From Catajapyx aquilonaris (lineage: Eukaryota), in NCBI GenBank assembly GCA_000934665.2, contig JYFJ02001341.1, positions 1 through 64,000 on the forward strand: DNA of 64,000 nt. The letters are read 5' to 3'. The notes under the pieces are model-generated. The model was not told the origin of the DNA and made no database searches. It saw nothing but the letters and a program-made list of their open reading frames with translations. The position numbers and the translations under genes are program-made. Of the stretch, positions 14,224 through 27,400 are shown in pieces. Position 1 is the stretch's first letter; every line of letters begins with the position of its first letter.

Positions 14224-16716
14224 TAACTAGCACCAAAATTCGACCCAATGTCATCGAAATGCAAAAATATGGCTGCCACTTGTGTACTTGAAACGCTACA
14301 AAAATGATTCAGACAGAGATATCGGGTCTAAATTAAGACCGGCTCAGATTCCTTGAAAGTATAGGCATGTGGCGAAGGAGAAAGGAGCTGGGGCTGTAAA
14401 ACAACAGGAAAACAACATTACAAGTCGGATGATGATGGGGACCTATCGTCAGAGCGGGGTTACGGAAGGCTAATCCGAGTGAAGGCTGCAACTTCTGGAA
14501 GACGAGGAAGTTCTTGAGTTGAAGGTCGTCTTGCGACCGGAGGGCCCCCCAAAGCAAGGTGGAAGAATATACAAGAAGAAGATGTAGGTGGGAGCCGTTA
14601 ATTAATTCCGGATTCGGCTCTTGAGAAGTTATGGCCTGGCGAGTACTATTTACAGAACTATGTCGTTTGAAAAGAATTTCTTGCGGTTTTTATCCCCGAG
14701 GCCAGCCCACCCACCGGTCTTCTTTCTTTTTTTTTTTTCTTACAGTCTCCTGTGCAGTTTTGTCACGTATCGATATAGTACGTATATTTACGCCTCCGTT
14801 TTAGCTGCGGGCCCCCATGAACTATGATGTCACCTGATTTATCGTCCCCACCCATGGCGAATACCGTTTTTGTAGCGAGCTCATTAGGACCTATACACAG
14901 TGTGAGGCCACAGTTATCACCTTTTACTTTCAATGTATCGGGTATTTCGGGTGATAGGCTGAACTGTCACAGTTGCAGTGGCTAAATATTTTGGGTGGTA
15001 TTTTTACGTAAAATCGGTTCAATAAATAAATACATAAATAAACTTCACAAAAATTAACCACAGCGACTTTCAGGTTCTACTTGAAATGCGATATAACATG
15101 TCAAAGTGAGGACAATACGAGCTTAGGAGGGCCAGGCTGTTGCATGGAAATTCCAGTGTGGCATATACCAGCAGGTAGTTAGACCCAAGTTTTGTTTACA
15201 ACCTGGAGATACGTTAATTATAGCCGATGAGCACCCAAACCCCAGACCTGTAGTTTTCAGGGAGGCGTCGCACACAGTCCATCTGGCCAAAAATTACTAG
15301 GTAGCTTCCTATTTTTACATACACGTGCTCTTTATCTCCCCACATGTTGCAGCCTAAAAATTCCGATTCGTATATAGTCAGAGAAAACTTGTTCGAGCCT
15401 CCATAGAGAAGTCATGCAATCCTTTTTCTCCCAAAAATGGTCTCGGGGTCACCTCCCTTACAACTCTTCCCCCAGCAGTCTTATCCAAATATGCATGCAG
15501 ATGAGCACCGACTCCCACTGCAAAGTACACATTTTGGGTTTCCTGCCTCTCCTGCCCTGTGTATGATTAAGGGATAATGCGTCGGAATTAGTAGTTTACC
15601 AGCACGTTGCATGACGCCACCAAAAAAATAAGGATTCTATAACCTGCAATATAAGGAAAGCCCTAAAATAGAGAGGAGCCCCCCATTTTTTTTAAAAAAA
15701 ATGTGTAGAATCAGACCTGGAGGACCCAGAAAAAAAAACAGAATTTATGTGCTAGTGGGGCACGTATATATATCTCCGCTTCCTGCAGTTACACACCGAA
15801 GAAAATAAAAGAAATAAGAGGAAGAAGAAAAAAATATATATGGTGAGGGTCGTAATCAGACGGTCGTGGCATTCCTAGACTTTGCCTGTCATTATCCGGG
15901 CATCCCGCCCCAATTGCATGCTCCACAGCTGCCAATTTCCATTCCCACCTATTCGTAATCACGATGGCCCCACTCTGCTCTTGGGGAGGGAACCATATAG
16001 GGTTGCTCGGGATGAGGATGGGGTTCCAAATGGAGGGAGAAAAAGGGGTACACATGTTGCCATGTTTGCACCTATTGTTGGTAAATATATGTGGAGATAA
16101 TAAGCAAGACTGAATGCTCGAAAGAAATTTTTAATTTAATTAACAATGACATTTCTTATATGCAATGATGGCTCGCCATTCATATAAAATATGACAACGC
16201 CTGGTTATTATTTCGTAACAGTTGCTTACTTGGAGCTTGAAAATGACTCATTAGCCGCATATCCTTTTACGGGCGGTATAACGTAACACGTCTTCCGTAT
16301 AACAATCGTTTCGTAATTTCTGGAACATATAAAGATCCAGCAGGCCGATACTTCAGGGGAAAGAGTTGAAGGGGTCATCACCATCATCATCACCTTAATC
16401 CGCGAGACAGCAACACTGGTAATTTATACCATGAACGTTTTAATAAGTGCTTGAACAAAAGTTAGTGTGTGGGGGCAGGGCGGTCAGATATTGACGGATA
16501 GGCACTCATTTTGACACGTAGGCGTATCCCGACAGTTTTTCCCCTGGGACTTGATGGTATAATTTCCTCTTCTTCCCCATGCACCATCCAGCGACCTTCT
16601 CAAAGGAGTCGGACATATCTATGCAAATTGCTGCTCATGACATAATCGCACTTGCCCTGATCAAACACTGTATCGATGAAGACGTACAACTGACAACAAT
16701 GGTGGATTAGATTTTC

Positions 16717-16740
16717 CTTCTTCTTCTTCTTCTTCTTCTT
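16717..16740. repeat. (CTT)n microsatellite
   Basis: Directly visible. Others: (CTT)n ~20768-20787, (CCA)n ~11790-11812, (GA)n ~46203-46219. Confidence 0.9.
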
Positions 16741-16742
16741 AC

Positions 16743-16751
16743 CACCGGAGT
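16743..16751 (-). CDS. Candidate 9-nt microexon ACTCCGGTG (in phase 1 adds D-S-G)
   Basis: The minus strand reads tttttaatctaacag|ACTCCGGTG|gtaaga: consensus splice sites, frame-preserving. Confidence 0.45.
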
Positions 16752-19700
16752 CTGTTAGATTAAAAAGCCTTGAGGGCAGGTGGGCAGGGGGTAAAGGGGG
16801 GCGGAGACTTTGTACCATGTAATTTTGCTGCCATGCCTGGGACGAAATGAGTATTTATACCGGAAACCCCGGACCGCTAGCGTGTTATTTGGGCTCCGGC
16901 AGTGTATCATTTGCCATGGCTGGAAGAGTCCTCTAATCAAAAGCCTGGGTTGCAGCCCAGCCGGTCATCATCATCTGGGAGACCCTGGGTTCAAAACTAG
17001 GGCCCATCCCCAGACACTTTTTGGACATCCCTTGTATAAGATGATGGTGATTTCTCTCGGGCGTTGTTGTCCACCTACTCATTTTTTTCAAAAAAAAAAT
17101 CGGCCTTTTTTTAATTTTCAAAAAAAGGCCGACAGACCCTACAGAAACAAAGAGATGGATAATAATGACTGGCCGTTTGGATTTTTTTAAAGGGCGGTCA
17201 TTTCGACCCACTTTTTGGGGAGAAAAAAAATGACAGGTGGATTCAGGTTCGTCAAAAAATGCAAGGCCACACCAATGACATAGAATTATTGTGATTAGAG
17301 TTGTCAGGCAACTTTATTCTAATTGCAGGGGAGCTTGGAGAAAGGATTCTGTGTGTACAAGCACCGTGATAATTATTAGCAGCTATTGCCCATAGAACAG
17401 TCAGCTAATAGCACCGAATAAATACGTAGACGATAAGACTGGCGATTGTCCTTTTATGTTCACTAATCGTTTCAATGCAAAAAAAAAAGTGCAGATGGAG
17501 CGATGACCCCTTTGTTCGTAAGATTCCAAACGGACTTGTGACATTTATTGCTCCAGACTTTTAAATCGCATGCCTAACCATTGTTATGGTTTTTCTCCGG
17601 GAGTCGAAACAGGTAGAAAACGACCTGTAAGCATCCGGGTGGCTGGGACGTTAATTTTCAATCGGGGAATGCGAATCATCGCTGGAATTAAAAGCGAGAT
17701 TTCAGTAGCCACTTTGGCCGGATTTACGAGGTCGCCGGATCATATTTTGGAGAAAAAAAAGGGAACCCGCCTCTATGCGATTATTTCCTATGTGTTTTTT
17801 TTGTGGTAGCCGCGACTTCAATAGAAACCGCGGAATTTTAAACCGATCAAGCAAGAAGATTAAGGGAAATGCAGCTTATTAGTCACACCCACAGTCTTTT
17901 GATTTTTCAACGCCTGATTAATTCAGGCTGCTCTGTACGGTTGCAACTACCATAACTTTAAGCCAAAGGTTACACCTGGGCATTTTTTTTTCTTTCAAAA
18001 AAAGACCGCTCTCTCCACCCCCTTTGTGAGTCGTTTTCTCGATTTGTCTCAAACGACAAGGTAAAAATTACCAACCAGATGCTCAAGTGTCGAGCTGTGT
18101 TTACACAACACACGCGCCATTTATAATATGCCAACCTGCTCGACGTAGGCGTTTGCAAGGATGCCTCGCGCCGGATTTTATTTATAAACCGCAACTAGTT
18201 TTCTTGAATGGATCCAGTGTGCCAGTGGGTCGGTTTTTGGCAAACACCGCGAGCTGTTATTTTGCAGATTTATTTTGCGCAAACTCTTAATTAAAAGATG
18301 AGGGGGCGTGGTGACTGCAAATAAACAGGGGAAGGATGAATCGGGGGCTCAGTTTTGCTGAATGGGAGTCTAGGAAATATTGGCAAAGACTGACTGGGAG
18401 TGCGCAAGTGGGCTTAAAAATTTTATGGAGTGGATTTTCATGCGGGTCTGGGCACTTGTAAATTAATCGGAGCAGTGTAAAATCCCGTGTCGGATGAATG
18501 TCTGGAACGATACCAATCGAAACCTGATTTACGCTGAGCAGATGAAGTCCGCTGTGCAGTGTTCGGGGCATCACGAGGGCGTGAACGCGATTTCGTCAGG
18601 TTTAGCTGGTAATTAGGGGCCGGTTATCTGTACGATGTAAATATTGGGGTTGTCGCAGATCCAAATGACAAGCTCAGGGCAAATGCTTTTTTATGGGGTT
18701 TGAATAGGCGGGTAGAGACTCGAAGATGGCGATCTCGCAGGATTTTTTTTATTTTTCTCAGTGGTCGGAGGGAGACAGAAAAGTGCGTTATCTGTGTAGA
18801 CGTGACTAGAGCGGGCAAAAGTTGTGACATCGACTTTGACTTGTCCAATTAGGAGATATGCAAAATAGGCCAGATTGTGCGAAAGCAAATGAAAGGTATT
18901 TACAATACAATCAGGTATAATCAAAATATTTTATCCTGAATTTGCATTCATACAGCCAGCCCTTAGTGGCACAACCACGCTGAAGCATCTTATTTACCAT
19001 TCACTGTTGTAATTTATTTTTATTCATATACAGTTACTGTGGTTTATTTTATTCAATATTGTAATTTTTACTGGTTGCACAAAATTTTGTTAACTACTGT
19101 GACTTTTATCAATTGTAATATTTGTACACACCTGCAGTATATATTCTATCGGTATTTTTCCACTAGTTATTGATGGCTGAAGTTTAACTATGCGAAATCG
19201 TATCTGCTCAGTTTGTGTACAACTTGACTGAAGCAGGATTTATTGATGGAATAAAAAAAACACTTGCGTAGAGTCAACAATGCCGGTGTAATTGGTCACC
19301 AGAGGGCGTCTCAGCTGCAGCTTGACTATTATTCTTTATATTCCGCTGTAACTCTCCGGACATCACGTAAAACGACAAGATGGCAATTCCGTCTCCTAGT
19401 GAGGTTTCCCGCCTCGAATCATTCGAAATTCCTGCAGGTCAAGAGTCAGTGGCCCTGCCTATCATTCCCCATCTCGGCCAAAGTCGTACAGCTGACTTTT
19501 TCCTTAGCTTGTAAAGCCGCGTTAATGTTGATGTTTAACACGTTTTGAAAAGACGTGCTCTTGAGGTTTTACGACTCGAATTCGCGCAGTCTTTGGATTC
19601 TCTCCCCCAAGAGAATTGGAATTTGACAAATGAACCGTTGGGGCCGAGAGTCTACTAGGTAAGCTCCTTTTCCTTACCAACAAAGCCCTCCTGAGGATTT

Positions 19701-21287
19701 TCAAGAAACAGGACAGGGCAACGAGACAGACAGTTGCCCCCCCTTCATCTGGCAGAGGCGGCCACGAGACACCCTGCGTTTTAGCTGGGGCGGACAGCCC
19801 CTGGCTCATTAACTTGAAACGTGATCCGCGACTTAGGCTCAGACTCTTCCAAAAAGACCACAAAATGACTTCTGTCTGCTGCCACAAGATTTACTCTAGA
19901 ATGTGACGTATAGGTCAGATCTGAATTTTTCCTTAGTCTCACACGAATTGTTACCAGGAACTGCTGTGTGCTTACATTCGGTTTCTTGTGGAATATTGAT
20001 CATCTCAGCTGGATGTTTATCTCCAAGCTGGTATAACGTGTTGTAATGGCTTTCATTATTTTACTAAAATTTTAAACAGTTTACAAGATGTCCTCGTTTG
20101 TACGGCGATATCGGTAGTAATTTACACAGCGGCTCTCTTTTTTCGGTATGATCCACAGCCTGGATGAAACTCCCACTGAGCACGACATAAATCAAGGCCT
20201 GTTTTATTTATTAATGTGCAGCCAGCCCCAAAAGCAGTACGGAACCATTTTGCTTTTATTATTCCAAAAGGTACCGGTACCGGCCAGTAAATCACAGCAA
20301 ACCATGGTCCCACATAGAATTACATGTGTTACAAGCATGATTACTGCACATATATATTGTTTTGCATTAAAAAATTCCAAGTTGTCTCTCTTCTGTAGCG
20401 CAGCATGTGATTCATTTTTATAGTTTCCACACATGAACACAGTTTTTGCGCCAAAAAATTCTTTCGCGCCGTTGTCACGACAAGCAGCATTGTTTATGCC
20501 CAAGCCCCCCAGCCGGATTCAGAGTTGTCATAACATCGTTGTCGTCCTACTCAGCAGCCATTTGTGACGTCACGTTATGGCGACAACTGCGCCTGGTCTT
20601 GAAGCCAAGAAAATTCATTCCGCCGGGCAAATCCATCCATTCAGCACAGTTTTTTCTTCAACAGTCATAACACGGTTGTCCAAAAAACCGTGTGACGTCA
20701 CCCGGTGTGACATCCGCGACAACTGCGCCCAAGAAAAGTCGAGGAAGCAATAAGTGGCGGGTTGGTCTTCTTCTTCTTCTTCTTCTTTTGCTTGCGGGGT
20801 CTGTCGGTGGATCCAGCCCCGCGGGGTTCTGGTTATTTAGTGGGCACTCGGGGGCTGGATGACAGTGATAGAAAACCCGGTCCTGGGGTTCTCACGTGGG
20901 CCAATGGCCCTGTGAAGTACGAAAGAGCCATCTAGGCACAACACCACGCATCTTTATTCAAGCGCGCTTCTCAAAGAGAGTGGGAGGCAAAAAGGGCCTT
21001 GGGGCCAATTAGTCTCGTTTGCTACACTTTCAATTAGGCAGACGGGGTTTTTCCCTCCCTTCCACCCCCTACCCCCTACCATCCTTCCTCCGCTCATTTA
21101 GATGTGTTTTCATACTTTTCGCTACTTTGTGGCGCCGACTGGTTAAGCATAAAGACGTTCCAGTCCAGCGACGTCATGTCATTAGCGTAACGATGCTCAT
21201 TTCCGGGGCCGTATTTTCACTGCCTGGACTTATATTTATCGGGCATGTGTATGACGCAACAACTTTTTAAAAAAGTCAGAAAATATA

Positions 21288-21481
21288 CCGTCAAACGGGG
21301 TGAGATTGTGCCAGCGCATTTTTTTGGGACAACAGTGCTCCCTACAGCGAATTTTACTCGTCATTGCCAACCTTCTCTCAATGCCTAAATTCGTTTGCTG
21401 CCACTAGGGCGCACTGTTGACCAAAGATGCGCTGGCATAATCTCAGCCCACGTGGCACAATCTCACCCCGTTCTAAATGGG
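21288..21481. mobile_element. Fold-back MITE, Tc1/mariner-pogo-like with TA flanks
   Basis: AACGGGGTGAGATTGTGCCA and its exact reverse complement near the two ends; subterminal arms also pair (CCAGCGCAT...CAACAGTGC.CCCTA); TA at 21286-87 and 21482-83. Confidence 0.75.
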
Positions 21482-24400
21482 TAGACTGTGTTGAAAATCA
21501 AGAGCACTTTATGGCATACGAGACCAGTATATTCCTCTCATACGTATATATGGAAAGTAGTGATGAATTATGTGAAACTATTCAATATAATAATTGATGC
21601 AAATTGGGCCTTCCTAGAAATCAGTGGAGTATATTATGTGACAACCGTTGCACCCCCAACAGACTGTAATCTCCCATCATTTCTTACAGCCCAATACCTT
21701 AAGAAACCAGTTTAGGAAGTGGGGAAGCAAGGATGGGGGGTAACTCTGCAGACTTGTGCTCTAAAGCAGTCATCACTATGCCTTCCACCATTTTTTTTAG
21801 GACCGACAAAAAAGAGAGGCCCCCTCACTTTAGGCAGCATGATTTAACCTCTTTTTGCGCCCCCCTTTGGGGGCCCTCTTTTTCTTTTCCACTAATAGAC
21901 CTCGCCCAGGTAGGTCCAAAAACAAACAGAAAACCTCAGAGGGGAATATATATACGCCCGATTAACTATTGGTAGAGAACAGTGGGCGTGTGCACGATAA
22001 TGTCTGCACCCCATGTACATGCGCTTGAAAGGTGAGCCACACGTGACATGTGACCCTCATTTGTCACGTCAGCTGCTCTGGCAGTTACACCTTGGTATGT
22101 TCACAGAACGTACTTACTTTTGCACGTATGCCCCCCACCGACAATCATGGGTGTCAGTCGGCCGGGTCTTAAATTAAACCCGGCAGCAAAAATAAAAATG
22201 ACAGTTCTACAGAAAAGGAAACCTGGCATTCCTCCTGACTTTTTGCCCGTGAGATCTCGCATTTCTTCCAGGCTTCTTTTTTTTTGTTTTTATCCTCCCC
22301 ACCCCCTCACCCACCCTGCCCTCTCGGCACCTCTTTTCTATCTGATAGTACACTATTGCAGGCACTCTTTTTTGCTCTTCGGTTGGGACAGATTGGGTGG
22401 CAGCAGGTGTGCTTGCATCTGGCGACGATGCCAGCAAGGTAAGAGTTGAAATTGGAGCAGGAAAAAGTCAACTCGACAATACGTTAACATGGAGGCTGCA
22501 CCTGTGGTTGGTTGGTCAATAACACGAGGTCAAGAGTTACTGGCACCAACAATTTTGCAATATATAGCCAAGAACCTAACCTGGACAAACAAACATTGCA
22601 TTTTCTAATAAGAGATATTAGTGACAAAATTATTGCTGAGTAAGTTATTACGAATATTTCCATTGCATAGTTTCAAAATGTAGCCTATATTATTTGTTTC
22701 AAAATTTAAAATTAGAAACAGCCAGGGAAGATATTCAATGTTGGAAGAGTGGTGAACACGTGGATGACCAGATTTCCCCTCCACAAGCTTGATGTCACTA
22801 TCTTATTAGTATTAGGGACCCATACGCACATATTCCACTCATCGCCTCCAAATTGTCGGATTTGGTGTCAGTGGCTCTTTAAACGTGCATGCTGGACATC
22901 TCCAGGCAAATTAAACGTGCGTGCATCGCCTGGACGTGCTGGGGATAAAACCGAGCTTTAAATTGCCTAATTATGGCCTTACCAGCACTATTTACACAAA
23001 CGAATCGCAGCTGAAGTTTTGTATAATTCCATAATTTTCGGTCGATAGTCACCTGGAAAGTCATACAACACGTTTCATCTTTTAGAGACGCGTCCAGGCA
23101 TATTGATGGACGATGATTTTCCATGACGCGTGTTATTGCAGACGCGCGAGATGAATAATACGGAGACGTGTCGCATTTTTTAATTAACATTTTAATACCC
23201 CCTTTTTATGGCCCATCTCCTATACCTGTCACTAGAAGCATCATTTCGGTTTCAATCTTGCGGCGCGGTTGCGGAATTTTAATCAGCGCGCGTGTTGCAG
23301 AATAAATAGAGTCGCAACTAAAAATTAATTACCCGGTCATTAAGAAACGTGAACATGGGATATGAGCAAAAATTACTGGACCGTAATTTAGAATATGTGA
23401 GCGTGTATACAAAAAAGGAGTTGAATTTTTGTTGGAGGGGAGAATATTAAAGGCTCATTTATCACCCAGGTATGAACTTGTGGTTCAGGTGGCGTCTCGA
23501 GTTTGAAGCCACGCCTCGATCCTTCTCTACCCGTCTCTTTTCCTGTCGTCCCTTTTGGCTGATGGAGAGGATGCATGGAATACGATGACTTACGAACATT
23601 TTTTCTCCGGCGATTTTCTTTCACCATATTTTTTGGCAGTTTCAAATTACAGTCTGTCACCAGGTACGCGTAGGCGCAGTTTTTCAACCAAATTTTTTTG
23701 AATAAAAGTTGAGGTGCTTAATTTTTAATAAAACTTGATATTCTAGTACGTGTAATTAGTCGCTTGGTAATTCGTGATAAGGTGTGGGTGTATATCCCGT
23801 ATCCTGCATTATGAAATTTAATGATATGAGCTTCCAACCTAATGGAACGCGATAATGTAGCCAATGTTATTTTTGTAAATTTTTTTCCCTCGAAGGTCAT
23901 TCACATTTTAATCTATTTATCTTGTATTCAGTGAAATGCAGTTGTGTACAGTGTATAGTATTGAGAAGCTGGCGGGTTTTATGTAATGGTTATTATTAAC
24001 CGTGAAAGCAAGTATGGTAGGAATGTTCCACTTTTTTATCCCTCCCTTTCGTTTTGGCGGGCCGGTTAACCTTGAAAAGAAAAAAAATATGGAAAACGCC
24101 AGCTACGTATATGCCTTTCCATTCCATCACACTGCGGTGCTCATTAGTGGTGCTTCTTTTTTCCTCTGCCCGCCAAAATTGTGCGCACAGAAGACGCTTC
24201 CTTGGCACGGAATACATATGCCTCTTAATCATTTTTTGGTGTAACCAGCCAACAGGTGGAAGGGTTTTTGCAAATTTCTGGTTCGTGTTGTGCAATTTTC
24301 TCGTCTACACACCTCCTCGCTCTCTAACTATATAGTCAGCTGGCCGCCGAAGTTTTACGATTACCTGAAAACAAAGGAATTCTACCCCCGTTTTATGAGA

Positions 24401-27400
24401 GCAGACCATGGAAATTTATGGTGGTTAATTTAATTGGCTACAGTTTGGACCGGGGCGATATATTCGCTCATCTAAAATCTAAAAACCTTTCTCTTTGTGG
24501 CGGTGCAAAAAGGGGCAATTTTGCAAGTACGCGCTAATTGCATCAACGATTTTTTTAAATTCACTAATTTCTAATTATTATGAGTTACAAAGCACATTGA
24601 TAAATAATGAGTTGAGGGAGGTGGGGCATATACTGTGCATACAAAAAAATGTGGGCTACTTTGTGCCTTGAGGGTATTCACGTGCCAGTGGCCCATCGAC
24701 CTGCGGAATGGACACGAGGGATAAGCGAGAGAAAGACATGCCAGATATGCTTAGCATATAGTGACGTCAATCGGAATTGTGAAAAAAAATTGTTTTATTG
24801 AATGGCCCACATTTCCAGGCCCAAGTTGGTAATCAGCCAGTTGGGGGTCATCATCAGCCGACCCCACGTTTGGTTTATCGCACGGCCTTTGCCTGGCATA
24901 ACGCATGTCCAAAGGTCTATGTTTGCAAAATTCTTGGGATTGAATATTCACAGGAATGTCCAAATGCTGAACTTCTATTGGGCGTAGGGAAGGAATCGCG
25001 CGCGATCGCACGCGTCGCCCAGAGCTCATTGGACAGGACGAGGCAGGGTTGGAAGTACGTGAGCTAGGTGCACAATGTCGACATCAAGACAAGCAAAAGG
25101 GCCTGCTGTCTTGGTAAGAATAAAATAGAAAAAAGGACGCCAGGAAGGCGGCTGCCATTTTCCGTCTGACGATAAGCTTCTGAAGAAGAGGCCGCTGCTG
25201 CTTGAGGCACCCCAGGCCTTATCTTTTCCCAAAAACGCTTTTGGCCGTATATTTAGACAAGCTCTTGAACGTTGTGGTGTTTTTCTCAGATATGAATCCA
25301 GGAGGCCTTCTTGGCTGTTTTTTTTTTCTTTTTACTTTTTCAAGAAGAGAAAACCGCATTGGTAAAACAATTCTCGACATCATCTGAATCATCCGGGTTA
25401 GAACCGACAAGGAAAAATGATAGGCGCCATATTTGCAAAAAAATAAAAAGAGTGCAAAGCCGCAAAACCAATAGCAAGTGACAAGTGTAGCGAAACTGGC
25501 GCCTGGCCAGGCGTGTTGGCGACAGAAAAATGGCAGTATTTGCAGTGGTGCTAATTAGTTTCCTTCTTCCTCAGCCCCCATCAGGGGTTTTTTTTTCCCG
25601 GCCTTCTACTTCTTCAGCGGAACATGAAACCGCATATCGCCACATCCGTCACTTTGGTCAAAAGCTGTGCAGTTGGATAACGGATGCTTGTGGCTAATGG
25701 TTTTGATGTATTTTCCAGGAACCTGCACTTTCTCAGTCCTATCTCATGGCGCCATATGTACAGGGTGTTTTGTTATGATAAACAGTATAAGTTATAACAT
25801 GCGCTAGTCATTCGGTCGTATTTATCTGAAGAAGTCTATAGTTAGTGAGATAATATAAAATATCCTGGCAGATATGCGTCCCTCCGAGCACGATTTTAAT
25901 TTAAAATTAATTTTACTCATTTCAAATTGTGAGTAATGACACTTTGATAAATAACTATTATAAATAATAAATAGTTAATAATGTTCCAGCCAGTGGATGT
26001 GTTATTCGAGCGTCTGTAAGCTGACATTATTTAATGCTGGACATACACAAAGAGTCACCTTTATCTGGAGGCTCAACTCGTTCTGGATCGGTCCAGTTTC
26101 GAATCTGTAACACTCGTGACCCCGGCCAATGCTTTTAATAATCTTTTTGACGCACGATGCTAAATCTAAACTTCGCAGGCCGACAACTGCTCTCCACACT
26201 TGAAGGAGGTCACGACTCGCTTGACATATGTGGTCTTAAGAGCATCCCCGGAATATTTGCCTCGGATGCTTCAGAGTCAATCGAGCATCGTATACACACA
26301 GCATCAAGTGACCATCCCCCTTGCCGAATAAATAAAAAAAAGAAAAAATGGGGTCATGATCCTCTAGTTCCACTTGGGATAACCGAGGATTTAAGGGAGG
26401 AATCGGAAGGGAAATGAGGCGTTTGTCCCCGACCGGAGGCTGCCTGGCGACAGACAAAACGGATGGCAACTGTCTGCCTGGACACACAGACATGAAATGG
26501 ACTAAATCGCCAGGATTGAGCTACATTTTTTGGTCACTAGATGGCCATAAAAAAGATAGGTTATAATCAAGCAATTCTGGGTAAGATGACGTGAAATTAT
26601 GGGTAATAAATGTGGGTTTTGTGGCTGGAAATGTGTGGTATTGTGGATCTAATTGCAAACGAGGGTGGGTATTACATGGAAAATTTTGGGATGCTTCATA
26701 CAAGTGCATGTAATTAAATGCAATTATATATTGTACGTCCGGCCTGATAGCCTAATAATAGGAAAATAACGAATGTATAGAGGCTACATAGTTATTTTTG
26801 ATATACAAGAACTTGCGTAACTGGTGCTGCATCTTTACGGCCCTGATCTGACAATCGTAATGTACCGTTACGAAAGTCGATTGCGTGAAATTAACTTCTT
26901 AATTGCCTCTGCTGCCAGGTCCATTTTGGACATGTCAACATTCAACTAGGATTGTTATCAGGAGTTGCCATCACAATGAGTAACTGTTTGAATTAAAGAC
27001 ATCTGCCACGATATGGAGCAGCAGCATAATGGCGCCCAGTAATATCAGGCCAACCCGCAGAGTTTGCTATCAATAAAGTGAAAAATCAATCACATCATTG
27101 ACCTCCCCTTCAGTTGTGGTATACACACACCCTATTTTGAAGAAATAGCGATTTCGTGCTGTAACCACAGCAAAACCTTGGCGCGATTTTCTGTCAATAT
27201 TGAGAGCGTACATCTTGCGTCTGGCAAATCCGTAAAGCTTTATGCCAAGCCAGAAAAATAGTCTCAAGGATGGAGCCAAAATATGAGTGTTGCCCCCCCC
27301 CCCCCACCCTCTCCATCCAAACCCATCCCCTCCCTCTCTGTGTTCCTTTCCCAAGCTTCCTATCTGTCCATGGCTTGATGGGCTGGACCAGATAAAAGGG

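Noticed and set aside
19677..19810. Hydrophobic ORF end (VCLVALSCFLKILRRALL) before a gtaagg donor, as a fourth signal-peptide exon
   Set aside because: The donor is phase 0 and there is no clear cleavage site, so it is incompatible with the phase-1 set.
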